DNA from: a virus
DNA: 39,387 nt
Virus record (IMG/VR): IMGVR_UViG_3300045988_050620
Location: 1 to 39,387 of that record
Strand: one strand, 5' to 3'
A program made the translations under genes and the position numbers. Below the pieces are notes generated by a model. It did not search any database, had not been told where the DNA came from, and saw only the letters and a list, made by a program, of their open reading frames with translations. Each line of letters begins with the position of its first letter. Position 1 is the stretch's first letter. Of this stretch, positions 1 to 8,017 are shown piece by piece.

Positions 1-26
1 GGGTTCGACTCCCGTCTAGTCCACTA
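1..26 (+). repeat. attL core: tRNA/tmRNA 3' end (T-arm GGGTTCGACTCCC, then acceptor strand CTAGTCC and discriminator A)
   Basis: Identical 26-mer at 39362..39387. The GGTTCGAnTCC T-loop signature is present. The integrase gene lies next to it. Confidence 0.85.
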
Positions 27-32
27 TTTAAG

Positions 33-90
33 AAAATCCAGTGTTTATGCGGATTCGGAAGAAAACGTTGAGAACACTGGATTTTTTGTG
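33..90 (+). terminator. Hairpin plus T-run downstream of the tRNA-like end
   Basis: AAAATCCAGTGTT (33..45) pairs perfectly with AACACTGGATTTT (73..85) and is followed by TTTTTTG. The loop is long (27 nt). Confidence 0.45.
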
Positions 91-150
91 GCTTTTTATA
101 TTTCCAAATGAGAAACAAGAAGTCTTATTTTGAAAGCAAAAAACAAAGTG

Positions 151-173
151 GATGACATGAAAGATGACACGAA
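151..173 (+). promoter_or_regulatory. Tandem GATGACAYGAAA repeats, candidate integrase arm-type sites (left arm)
   Basis: GATGACATGAAA followed by GATGACACGAA. Nearly the same tandem pair, in the same orientation, is at 39295..39318. Confidence 0.5.
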
Positions 174-1181
174 TCAAAGAAGATGGTTTTCAAAATATCC
201 GTTTGCCTGATCGGAATATTTTTTTGAAAAATCCGATCTGGTACCTCGGTATACCTGATTCAGAACCGTGTTGGTTTTCCAACCTCCACGCTCCATGATG
301 TATGCTTCTGGTACACCCATTGCGTGCATGATTGTGGCTGCATAGTGACGCAGATCATGGAAACGAAAATGTGGCAATCCAAGTTTTTTTATCGTGCGTC
401 CGAAATCATGCGTAATCATATCCGGGTTAAGATTGCAGATTTTGCCGGAAACAGGAAGTTCTTTAATGACTTTATCTGGATATTCAACATAACGATCAGA
501 TGTACTATTTTTGGCAACTGATTTTAGTACCCATTTATAATTTTGATTCTTTACCATTGTTTGATGAACATGCACCGTATTTCCTTGTATGTCATCTGCA
601 TATAATCCACACACTTCTGATCTTCGTAATGTTCCAATAGATGCAAGAAGAATTGCAACGTATAGATCATAGTTTGCTGTTTTGGTATAGGAAAGCAATG
701 CTTGCAGTTCTTCGTCCTTTGGAATATAGTATTGTAAGATTTCTTTTTGGGGCATAGTAACACGAAATGATGCATCCGGTATTTGCAGGCGTATGACCGC
801 ACAGAGTAGGCTGTATGCGTTTCGAACTGTCTTTGGCGAATGTTTCCCCGCAAATTCATTTATAAAGCCAACAACTGTGTTCTGGTCAATTTCTGATACA
901 TCCATATCTTTGATTGGATCGTAATATTTTTCCATCTGCCGGTAACCGCGCAGGGTGGACGGAGAGAGCACATTTGATTTCGAGTCTATGTATTTGGTAA
1001 GTGCATCCCCGAAAGCGATTTTGTCTGGCTTGGCGCGTTCTTCGGCATAATTCAGTGCCAACCGTTCAGCCTCGCGCTTGGTTGCCGCGGTAAATGACTT
1101 GTAGTGTTTCTTCCCCTGTTCATCCTCACCAAGGAAGAGTCGTGCTCTCCAAGATCCGGATGGTAATTTCCTTGCATTCAT
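174..1181 (-). CDS. int: Tyrosine integrase (phage integrase family)
   Basis: Catalytic landmarks RRSEVCGL (Arg), HDLRH (His-x-x-Arg), GGW and VYRG (Tyr). AGGAGG RBS upstream. Adjacent to attL. Confidence 0.93.
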   Translation of the reverse strand: MNARKLPSGSWRARLFLGEDEQGKKHYKSFTAATKREAERLALNYAEERAKPDKIAFGDALTKYIDSKSNVLSPSTLRGYRQMEKYYDPIKDMDVSEIDQNTVVGFINEFAGKHSPKTVRNAYSLLCAVIRLQIPDASFRVTMPQKEILQYYIPKDEELQALLSYTKTANYDLYVAILLASIGTLRRSEVCGLYADDIQGNTVHVHQTMVKNQNYKWVLKSVAKNSTSDRYVEYPDKVIKELPVSGKICNLNPDMITHDFGRTIKKLGLPHFRFHDLRHYAATIMHAMGVPEAYIMERGGWKTNTVLNQVYRGTRSDFSKKYSDQANGYFENHLL

Positions 1182-1205
1182 GTGTCATTCCTCCTAAAAA
1201 TAGGC

Positions 1206-1238
1206 GCAAAAATAGCGCGGTAGTTGATTTATCGCGCT
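1206..1238 (-). terminator. Hairpin plus T-run (read on the minus strand) between the membrane-protein gene and int
   Basis: AGCGCG (1214..1219) pairs with CGCGCT (1233..1238). On the minus strand it is followed by ATTTTTG. It sits just upstream of the int RBS. Confidence 0.35.
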
Positions 1239-1289
1239 CCGAATGATACAATATGCTTGTTCACGGCGTGTATCTTCGGAGCACGTTTG

Positions 1290-1325
1290 CCGCTCTGGTG
1301 TTCCAGCACCGGGGCGGTTTTTATT
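1290..1325. terminator. Imperfect GC-rich hairpin flanked by A/T runs directly after the stop of 1326..2432
   Basis: CCGCTCTGGTG / CACCGGGGCGG (9 of 11 pairs), with TTTTTATTTT on the plus strand side. Confidence 0.35.
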
Positions 1326-2432
1326 TTATTGTTCTAAATCAAATTTGAAATCCGAAAGGTCTACATCATAATTTTCGCTATATCCTTCGAGGATAAGTTG
1401 CATTTTTTGTGGCTTTATCTTGCCGAATGTGATAATTCCAGAAGATGTCGCATTTGGTTTCAGGTCATCAGATAATTGCGGATAATCATCAGAATATGTT
1501 CCGTATTCTTCATCATATTGCTTTTTGTTCTGTATAATTTTAGCTGATGAAGAATATATACTGGCATCATATTTAGAATTATTAGTCACATCTACATAAA
1601 TTCTTGTTTCTGTATCTGCAAACTCCACCTTTTTTACCTGTACTTTTATTCCGTGCTTGTCAATACTCTTATTATCAAATTTCCAAGTAGTATTAGCTTT
1701 CCCAAAAGAATCAATATAGGTAGTTTTTTTTGCATCTGCAGCAATTAAATATGCCCATGATGTATCAACTCCCATTACGGTTTGACCCGAATATGATCCG
1801 GTAATTTTGGCATCGACACTTATAAAACTATCTTCTTTAAATTCCTTTTTAGAAATGTCTTTAGATACTTTTAGAAGGACGCTGTTGTTATAATCTGTAT
1901 CAGTGTAAACCTGGTACACATAGTAATCATCACCTTCGTCACATGTCTGACTTACAATTCCATAGAACACTATGTATTTTCCAGCGTATGAATCCGGATC
2001 TGATACAACAGAGTTTATATTCTTTACATATTCTCTTGAATCTTTTGGAGCAATGTCCTCGGATACAGTAGAGGTAGAATCAGACATTACGATTCCAAAA
2101 AGTATGGCGATAACGGAAAAGATAAGACCGATAATAGGGGCTACCTTTTTGGCCTGCTTTTTACACATGCCGATGATTGAAAGTATCAGTCCGACAATTC
2201 CAAGTACACAACCGACTCCGCCGGCAAAGATCGCAAAGATCGTTGCAAGGATTGCAAAAACCAAGCCTATAACACCAATAGTATTCTTTTTAGGCACGGT
2301 ATTAGGATGGGATTGCATAGATGGTTGAGGCTGCTGATTTTGCATACCTTCGTTTGATTGGAACAATGGTGCTCCGCAATTTGGGCAAAATTTAGAATTT
2401 CCCCCTTCAGTTCCACAGTTTTTACATATCAT
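1326..2432 (-). CDS. Zn-ribbon / transmembrane / extracellular beta-rich domain protein (lysogeny-module accessory gene)
   Basis: N-terminal CKNCG..CPNCG zinc ribbon, a Q/P linker, 2-3 hydrophobic helices, then about 250 aa of soluble domain. AT-richer than its neighbours. Confidence 0.85.
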   Translation of the reverse strand: MICKNCGTEGGNSKFCPNCGAPLFQSNEGMQNQQPQPSMQSHPNTVPKKNTIGVIGLVFAILATIFAIFAGGVGCVLGIVGLILSIIGMCKKQAKKVAPIIGLIFSVIAILFGIVMSDSTSTVSEDIAPKDSREYVKNINSVVSDPDSYAGKYIVFYGIVSQTCDEGDDYYVYQVYTDTDYNNSVLLKVSKDISKKEFKEDSFISVDAKITGSYSGQTVMGVDTSWAYLIAADAKKTTYIDSFGKANTTWKFDNKSIDKHGIKVQVKKVEFADTETRIYVDVTNNSKYDASIYSSSAKIIQNKKQYDEEYGTYSDDYPQLSDDLKPNATSSGIITFGKIKPQKMQLILEGYSENYDVDLSDFKFDLEQ

Positions 2433-2450
2433 AAAATCACTCCTTTGTTT

Positions 2451-2918
2451 TTATTTATATAATTCAAGCACACCAAGTGGCTCGAAATATATCAAATAGT
2501 TGTTCTGTTTAGCATATAAACCATACTTTTCGTGAAAATAATTTAAGCATTCTTGCAAAAATTCTTCTGTTACCTCCAGATGTTCTGCAATTTCATATCT
2601 GCTTCGGCATCCGTTTTTATATGAATCCACTAAATCTGATAGGGAAATCATTTCATTGTATGCCCAAACTCGTGCTCGCCGTTCTTGCTTTCGGTTTTCT
2701 GCTTCTTTCTGATCTGTAATATTTCCTACGGTAGTGAAATGGTGTCCGAGTTCTTCGGCAAGGATACAGGCCTTTTCTGAATCAGCACATATATCTTGAT
2801 TAAGTGCTATGGTTCCATCACAATACAAACCTTTGAAACGATCACTTGTGAATGGATAGTCTACAATGTCAACATCTATATCAGAAGCGGTCTGGCATAA
2901 TTTTTCAAATTTATTCAT
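2451..2918 (-). CDS. ImmA/IrrE-like metallopeptidase (variant motif EELGHH)
   Basis: About 155 aa, directly downstream of the XRE repressor. It has a LAEELGHHF motif where ImmA has HExxH. Confidence 0.75.
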   Translation of the reverse strand: MNKFEKLCQTASDIDVDIVDYPFTSDRFKGLYCDGTIALNQDICADSEKACILAEELGHHFTTVGNITDQKEAENRKQERRARVWAYNEMISLSDLVDSYKNGCRSRYEIAEHLEVTEEFLQECLNYFHEKYGLYAKQNNYLIYFEPLGVLELYK

Positions 2919-2969
2919 TATAATTCACCTCCACCGCATTCTAAGCTATGTATTGTCCCATAAAAAGGA

Positions 2970-3284
2970 CTATTTTCTTTTGGATTTAACAAATTCAGCA
3001 AATGCTTTGATTTCGTCAAGTTCTTCTGGGGTGTACTCATCGCCATCAAAATGTGCAGCAATGGTAGTTAGTTTTTCTGGTTCGTCCCATCCCATAAGTT
3101 CTTGTGGAGTGGTTTTTAAGGCCTTAGCAAAATCTCTTATTTTAGATTCAGATATATCTACATCACCTTTTTCAATTTTTGCAATAGATGAGCGATCCTT
3201 ATATCCAGTAAGCTCTGCTAATGTATCTTGGGACATTTTAAGAGCTAAACGTTTTTCTTTAATATTTTTATATAGGTCAAGCAT
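2970..3284 (-). CDS. XRE-family HTH repressor (CI-like)
   Basis: MLDLYKNIKEKRLALKMSQDTLAELTGYKDRSSIAKIEKG is a classic XRE HTH. AAGGAGG lies 7 nt upstream of the ATG at 3284. The longer 2970..3506 ORF is an artefactual extension. Confidence 0.9.
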   Translation of the reverse strand: MLDLYKNIKEKRLALKMSQDTLAELTGYKDRSSIAKIEKGDVDISESKIRDFAKALKTTPQELMGWDEPEKLTTIAAHFDGDEYTPEELDEIKAFAEFVKSKRK

Positions 3285-3317
3285 AAGCAAAACCTCCTTG
3301 TGATATTGTGTAAGTAA

Positions 3318-3346
3318 ATAATAGCACGTTGCGTAAAATAATTCAA
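3318..3346 (-). promoter_or_regulatory. Leftward promoter for the repressor operon
   Basis: On the minus strand: TTGAAT, 17 nt spacer, TATTAT. Confidence 0.55.
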
Positions 3347-3364
3347 CAAAATTATTAAAAACTG

Positions 3365-3393
3365 TTGACACAAATTCACAACAATGATATAGT
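3365..3393 (+). promoter_or_regulatory. Rightward early promoter
   Basis: TTGACA (3365..3370), 17 nt spacer, TATAGT (3388..3393). Confidence 0.65.
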
Positions 3394-3406
3394 GAATATA
3401 GTTCAC
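3392..3406. promoter_or_regulatory. Palindromic operator GTGAATATAGTTCAC overlapping the -10 of the rightward promoter
   Basis: Perfect 5-bp arms GTGAA/TTCAC. There is a second copy at 3631..3645 and a degenerate copy (10/15) at 3365..3379 over the -35. Confidence 0.6.
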
Positions 3407-3426
3407 GGAGAGGAGGCGATAAAACA

Positions 3427-3627
3427 GTGGCAAATGTTGAACTACTTAGAAAAAAAATAAGTGAATCTGGGATGACTGTGTCAGCTATTGCTGATAAATC
3501 TGGCATTTTAAGGGAAACACTTTATAACAGAATGAAAAGTGGAAACTTTTATGCATCAGAAATTGTATCCCTAACTAAGGTGCTTCGTCTTAGCAGAAAA
3601 GAAAGAGACGATATTTTTTTACCTTGA
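3427..3627 (+). CDS. Cro-like small HTH protein
   Basis: 66 aa. GTG start 10 nt after GGAGAGGAGG. HTH segment MTVSAIADKSGILRETLYNRM. First gene of the rightward operon. Confidence 0.8.
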   Translation: MANVELLRKKISESGMTVSAIADKSGILRETLYNRMKSGNFYASEIVSLTKVLRLSRKERDDIFLP

Positions 3628-3630
3628 TAT

Positions 3631-3645
3631 GTGAATATAATTCAC
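3631..3645. promoter_or_regulatory. Second operator copy GTGAATATAATTCAC
   Basis: 14/15 identical to 3392..3406. Lies between the Cro-like gene and the next HTH gene. Confidence 0.5.
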
Positions 3646-3687
3646 ATAAGACAAATCAACATAAAAGTAATGGAAGGGAGCGTGAGT

Positions 3688-3942
3688 ATGTCATTAGAAA
3701 GTAACATAGCAGGATTTATTAAGAAAAGAGGAGTTAACTTATCTGCTATGGCAAGAGATACTGGAATTGCGTATATGTCGCTTTATGACAGCCTTTTTAA
3801 TGACAGACGGAAAAGACCGTTGAAGGCGAGCGAGTTTCTAGTAATATGCGAATTCCTTGGTGCTTCACCTGCAGATTTTGTGGAAAAGAAAGAACCAATT
3901 ACATCTACACTTTCTGCACCACGGGCAATGATCTCTGATTGA
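3688..3942 (+). CDS. Small HTH protein (XRE-like)
   Basis: ATG at 3688 after GGAAGGGAG. VNLSAMARDTGIAYMSLYDSL is the HTH, followed by a LGASPADF tail. Confidence 0.75.
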   Translation: MSLESNIAGFIKKRGVNLSAMARDTGIAYMSLYDSLFNDRRKRPLKASEFLVICEFLGASPADFVEKKEPITSTLSAPRAMISD

Positions 3943-4081
3943 TCTAAAGCTTGTACAAAAGCATCAAAATTTTGCATTTAGTGAGATCTCCTTTCGTAAT
4001 ACTCGGACGCGGCAACGTCCTGTAAGGAGATTATAACACGAAGAACATAGGAGAGAAAGTAACAGAAGGGAGTGTGAGAAA

Positions 4082-4330
4082 ATGCCGAAAACGAATCTTG
4101 CGCAGAGCGCCACAAAGAAGAAAATGGCCTACGTTCGCGGAATGATGGCGGGCGGACAGGCGCAACAAAGTAAAGATCCGGCAGACCTTGCACCGAAGTA
4201 TGGTGTCACGGAGAAAACGATACAAAACTGGATCAGAAAGCCGGAAAGAATGAATGTCGAGAACTTTTTCCGTCTGGCTGATGATCTTGGATTGAAGATC
4301 ACAGTTGAGTTTCGGAACATCCCGGAATAG
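4082..4330 (+). CDS. Small HTH-containing protein (function unknown; excisionase or regulator possible)
   Basis: RBS GAAGGGAG. The segment LAPKYGVTEKTIQNWIRKP looks like an HTH. Confidence 0.7.
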   Translation: MPKTNLAQSATKKKMAYVRGMMAGGQAQQSKDPADLAPKYGVTEKTIQNWIRKPERMNVENFFRLADDLGLKITVEFRNIPE

Positions 4331-4339
4331 GAGCAGGAC

Positions 4340-4546
4340 ATGAAAGAAAGAACATTTAAAATCGGAATTGTAGTTATGGCGCTTGGCGCAATGGCTATGA
4401 ACTCGAAAGGAGTTGGCTGGATAATTGCCGCAGGAATGGTAATTGCTGGCGCGGTGATCGCACATGTGGCATACACACTCGAGAGAGTGGAAAAAGAGCG
4501 GAAAGAAACAGAGCGCCGTATACAGCGGTTTCGAAAATCTGCGTGA
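4340..4546 (+). CDS. Small membrane protein (two hydrophobic helices, basic C-terminus)
   Basis: RBS AGGAGCAGG. The protein contains IGIVVMALGAMAM and GWIIAAGMVIAGAVIAHVA. Confidence 0.7.
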   Translation: MKERTFKIGIVVMALGAMAMNSKGVGWIIAAGMVIAGAVIAHVAYTLERVEKERKETERRIQRFRKSA

Positions 4547-4556
4547 AAGGAGAAAA

Positions 4557-4706
4557 ATGCACATTAGTGGAATAAGACCTGTAAAACCGGACAAGCAGAT
4601 TCTTAATCCAACGTACCCGCGTAGGGATAAGAAAAATGAAGGGAATTTTAAGGATTTGCTGGATCTGGAAATAAAAAAGATGGAATCATCCAACCGTGCT
4701 AAGTGA
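4557..4706 (+). CDS. Hypothetical 49-aa protein
   Basis: AAAGGAG lies 5-6 nt upstream of the ATG at 4557. The gene is packed between its neighbours. Confidence 0.5.
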   Translation: MHISGIRPVKPDKQILNPTYPRRDKKNEGNFKDLLDLEIKKMESSNRAK

Positions 4707-4797
4707 AATGATTCCATACATTGGGGGTCGTTTCCGTAGGGAAACAACAAGAAACATTAAAAAATGCCTTTTCCTTATTTTACAGGAAAAATATCAA

Positions 4798-4992
4798 ATG
4801 TGCAACAATAATATGCCTGATAATTATGATTTTTTTAAACAGCACGAAGCAGAGCAGGAAAGCAAATTGGAAGAACGCCCGCTCTGTGATTGCTGCGAAG
4901 AACCAATACAAGATGATTTTTATTATGACATCGGCGGCGAGATTTACTGTGAAAATTGTATGGTGTCTTGCTTCCGGAAAACCTTTGAATGA
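4798..4992 (+). CDS. Small Cys-rich (CxCC...CxxC) protein
   Basis: CDCCEEP...YCENC zinc-binding-like pattern. The start (4798 or 4813) is uncertain and the RBS is weak. Confidence 0.55.
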   Translation: MCNNNMPDNYDFFKQHEAEQESKLEERPLCDCCEEPIQDDFYYDIGGEIYCENCMVSCFRKTFE

Positions 4993-5859
4993 ATGGAGGA
5001 CAAAATGAAAGATATTAACTTAGTTGTTGAGCAAAATTTGGGAAATATCGGTACAAATTTTGAGGAAATCAAGGCAGAACTGAAAGCTGGGCTTGAAGAA
5101 TATAAAAACATGGTATTCACAGAAGATACAAAGGCAGAAGCCAAAAAGACGGTTGCAAGCCTTAGAAAACTGAAGAAGTCGGTAAATGATAAGAAACTGG
5201 AAGTCAAGAAGTCTTTTATGGCGCCATATACCAGTTTTGAAGCACAGGTGAAAGAGCTGGATAAATTGATTGATGAGCCAATTGCTTTTATAAATGAACA
5301 GGTGGAAGAGTTTGAGCACAAACGTGTGAAAGCCAAAAGAGCACTGATCAGTGAGATTTATACCGGAATCGTAAAAGAACATGGCGTGGCGGATGAATAT
5401 CTGCCATTGGAGCGTATCTATGACAGCAGATGGGAAAATGCCACAACCTCACAGAAAGCTATTACAGAAGCTATTACAGCGCGTGTGGAACATGTGGAAA
5501 AAGATCTTGGCACTATCCGGCTGATGAATTCTGAATTTGAGGATAAAGGCTTGGCGAAGTACAAGGAAACGCTGGAATTATCAGATGCCATTGAAACCAT
5601 GAACCAATATCAGAAGCAGAAAGAAGAGATTATTCGCAGAGAAAAAGAACGTGAGGAACGTATTAAGACAGAAAATGCGACTGCAACAGTGGAAGCGGTT
5701 CCGAATCCAGTAGATGAACTCAAAGCTTCAACAGAAGAATTCGTTGAACCGAAATCGGTTACGGACACTGTGAAATATGAAGTGATTGCTGACCCATTCC
5801 AGATCGCACAACTTGAATCTGCTATGCGTGAGTATGGCATTAAATTCCGGAGGGTATAA
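4993..5859 (+). CDS. DUF1351-like phage protein (usual partner of single-strand annealing proteins)
   Basis: Coiled-coil, K/E-rich, 288 aa, directly upstream of Erf. An alternative start at ATG 5005 has a better GGAGG spacing. Confidence 0.8.
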   Translation: MEDKMKDINLVVEQNLGNIGTNFEEIKAELKAGLEEYKNMVFTEDTKAEAKKTVASLRKLKKSVNDKKLEVKKSFMAPYTSFEAQVKELDKLIDEPIAFINEQVEEFEHKRVKAKRALISEIYTGIVKEHGVADEYLPLERIYDSRWENATTSQKAITEAITARVEHVEKDLGTIRLMNSEFEDKGLAKYKETLELSDAIETMNQYQKQKEEIIRREKEREERIKTENATATVEAVPNPVDELKASTEEFVEPKSVTDTVKYEVIADPFQIAQLESAMREYGIKFRRV

Positions 5860-5861
5860 AA

Positions 5862-6530
5862 ATGGCAGAAGCGGCAAGAAAGAAAATTAACATTTACGAA
5901 GCCATTTCTCGATGTATGGAAGAGATCGGGGCAGTCGGCAAGGATGCAGTGAATAAGCAGCAGGGATTTAAGTACAGAGGAATTGATGCGGTTATGAATG
6001 CAATCAATCCGGCACTGGTAAAGAACCATGTGTTTATTGTACCGGAAGTGCTGGACCAGCAGAGACAGGAAAGAACTACAAATAAAGGAACGGTATTGAT
6101 CTATTCGATCTGCCGGATCAAATACACGTTTTATGCAGAAGACGGTTCCTGCATTGAAGCTGTGACTGTTGGAGAGGGAATGGATTCCGGAGACAAGGCA
6201 ACAAATAAGGCAATGGCTATTGCATTTAAGTATGCATGCTTTCAAGTATTTTGTATCCCGACAGAAGAAATGAAGGACCCGGACGAAGAAACACAGGACC
6301 CGGTGAAACCACAGTTCAATCCGGCAACACCAGAACAGTTGAGAAAACTGAATGAATTTATTATGGCTTATGCCGGAATGTGCAAAGATACCAAAGAATC
6401 CGATGTTACCGACTTATTAAAGAAAAAATACCACTATAACGGTACAAGTGATATTTCTTCCGAGTTGGCAGACAAGCTAATTGCACAGGTAGAGATGTGG
6501 TACAAGAAAAAGAAAGAAGCTGATGCCTAA
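5862..6530 (+). CDS. erf: ERF-family single-strand annealing recombinase
   Basis: GFKYRGIDAVMNAINPAL and GEGMDSGDKATNKAMAIAFKYA are typical of the Erf family. Confidence 0.85.
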   Translation: MAEAARKKINIYEAISRCMEEIGAVGKDAVNKQQGFKYRGIDAVMNAINPALVKNHVFIVPEVLDQQRQERTTNKGTVLIYSICRIKYTFYAEDGSCIEAVTVGEGMDSGDKATNKAMAIAFKYACFQVFCIPTEEMKDPDEETQDPVKPQFNPATPEQLRKLNEFIMAYAGMCKDTKESDVTDLLKKKYHYNGTSDISSELADKLIAQVEMWYKKKKEADA

Positions 6531-7063
6531 TGGAAACTACAGGTAAACTGACCGGAGCCAGCCGGACATTTGATGGAAATAGTATCATCCTAACTTTCGA
6601 GGTTGATGCTTCAGCATCCGGACAGATTGAAAGCATGAAAAAAGATGATCTGCTTCGGATAAAGGCGGTTAAGTATCGCCAGAAACGTAGCCTTGATGCC
6701 AATGCATACGCATGGGTGCTTATGACCAAGATTGCTAACCATCCGGATATTTCTTCCAGTAAAGAAGAGGTATATGAGGATATGCTGCAGAAATACGGAA
6801 CCTTTTATGAGGATGAGGGAGGATATATCACTATTACAGTCAAAAAGACGGTAGATATGACAAAGGTGTCTGGCCATTGGAAACATATTAAAGATAACGG
6901 TAATTTTGCAGCCTATCTGATGATCAAAGGTTCCAGCGAATACAACACCGCAGAAATGGCACATTTTATTGACCGGATCGTGGAAGAAGCGCAGGAGCTT
7001 GGAATTGAGACAGCTACACCGGATGAATTGGAACGCATGAAGCAGGAATGGGGTGCAGCATGA
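6530..7063 (+). CDS. NinB/Orf-like recombination mediator (putative)
   Basis: KRSLDANAYAWVLMTKIA parallels lambda NinB RSLDQNRKLWACLGDVS. The C-terminal MAHFIDRIVEEAQELGIE parallels NinB FAELLELIQAFG. Confidence 0.6.
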   Translation: METTGKLTGASRTFDGNSIILTFEVDASASGQIESMKKDDLLRIKAVKYRQKRSLDANAYAWVLMTKIANHPDISSSKEEVYEDMLQKYGTFYEDEGGYITITVKKTVDMTKVSGHWKHIKDNGNFAAYLMIKGSSEYNTAEMAHFIDRIVEEAQELGIETATPDELERMKQEWGAA

Positions 7064-7347
7064 AAAGGCTCTGGAGCGTATTTACAGATGATATGGACCA
7101 CTGCTATTTTACTGGAACAGCTCCGGTGGAGAGACACCATATCTGGGGCGGTTCCAACCGGAAGAATAGCGAGAAGTATGGTTTTGTGATCCCACTCCGG
7201 CCGGATCTGCATCCGAATGGAGCACAGGCAGGGAAGAACGCTGCGGAAATAGACTTGAAACTTAAGCAAATGGCGCAGAAATATTTCGAAGAACACTGCG
7301 GAACCAGAGAGGACTTCCGGAGAATCTTTGGAAAATCGGTATTGTGA
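7060..7347 (+). CDS. Small HNH-like (His-Asn-His pattern) protein, putative nuclease
   Basis: The ATGA overlap with the upstream stop suggests translational coupling. The protein contains ERHHIWGGSNRKNSEKYGFVIPLRPDLH. Confidence 0.55.
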   Translation: MKRLWSVFTDDMDHCYFTGTAPVERHHIWGGSNRKNSEKYGFVIPLRPDLHPNGAQAGKNAAEIDLKLKQMAQKYFEEHCGTREDFRRIFGKSVL

Positions 7348-7356
7348 GGTGATTGA

Positions 7357-7671
7357 GTGATACAAATTAAAAATATTCCCTACGGGCATGAGAACGCTGT
7401 ACAGCGTCCATCCAACCCGATAGAGGATCGGAGATTGAGAAGCAAAATCGAAAAGGCAAATCGTGATGCTGATTGCATTATAAATGTTGGGAATGGTTAT
7501 TATCGCCCGATTCCCGGAGACCTGACTGATGAATCGGAGCTTAACGAATATCTTGCCAAGGAGTTATCCAGAGCGAGAAAAATATTATCTAAACGGCTGG
7601 CAATGCGCCAGACGTTCGAAAGGTGGCGAGAAATTGGAATACTTACTGGTAATACCCGGGAGACTGGATAA
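7357..7671 (+). CDS. Hypothetical protein
   Basis: GTG start after GAGGTGA. No recognisable domain. Its 3' end overlaps the next gene. Confidence 0.55.
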   Translation: MIQIKNIPYGHENAVQRPSNPIEDRRLRSKIEKANRDADCIINVGNGYYRPIPGDLTDESELNEYLAKELSRARKILSKRLAMRQTFERWREIGILTGNTRETG

Positions 7672-8017
7672 TCTGAATGATTACATATCCGCAGAACGCA
7701 CAAACCGGTACAAGGGAGCAAAGATGAAATCCAAGAATGAAGCAATTGTGAACTGTGCCATTTTGCAATGCATGAGGGGCGTGAGGATAGAAAAACCGGT
7801 GCACATGAAATACCGATGGTACGAGAAGAATAAGCGCCGCGATAAGGACAATATTTCTTCTTACGGGCGTAAGGTGATACAAGATTCTCTGGTATATTCC
7901 CACGTGCTTAAAAATGATGGATGGAAAGAAATAACAGGATTCTCGGATGAATTTTTTGTAGATGCTGATAATCCCCGAATTGAAGTTCTGATCCGGGAGG
8001 TAGGGGATGATGGATAA
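7634..8017 (+). CDS. rusA: RusA-like Holliday junction resolvase
   Basis: IPGRLDNLNDY...RRDKDNISSYGRKVIQDSLVYSHVLKNDGW matches the RusA layout (conserved D-x-D-N and DD/ND). The start is uncertain: TTG 7634 follows AAGGTGG, while the ORF is open from 7529. Confidence 0.7.
   Translation: MEYLLVIPGRLDNLNDYISAERTNRYKGAKMKSKNEAIVNCAILQCMRGVRIEKPVHMKYRWYEKNKRRDKDNISSYGRKVIQDSLVYSHVLKNDGWKEITGFSDEFFVDADNPRIEVLIREVGDDG

Noticed and set aside
3380-3388. AACAATGAT, a 9-nt match to the fibre inversion core, inside the early promoter spacer. It was considered as a third recombination site.
   Set aside because: A 9-mer match is expected by chance in 39 kb on two strands, and the flanks do not match.
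2970-3506. A long form (178 aa) of the repressor ORF, and similar N-terminal extensions in the ORF track (24684, 25819, 22142, 11214, 9058, 26321).
   Set aside because: The extensions cross the divergent promoter or overlap upstream genes. Internal ATGs with well-spaced AGGAGG-type RBSs give products that start where homology starts.
3783-3977. Minus-strand 64-aa ORF with AAGGAG about 10 nt upstream of its ATG.
   Set aside because: About 160 nt of it is antisense to 3688..3942, whose product has a clear XRE-type HTH. The antisense product is low-complexity with no recognisable features.
4031-4750. 239-aa minus-strand ORF, the longest in this stretch.
   Set aside because: It is antisense to a chain of short plus-strand genes that each have an RBS. 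Its product is L/F/S/C/R-rich with no RBS, typical of a shadow ORF. The same reasoning applies to 5610..6245, 8693..9178, 22046..22618, 22913..23521 and 24209..24958.
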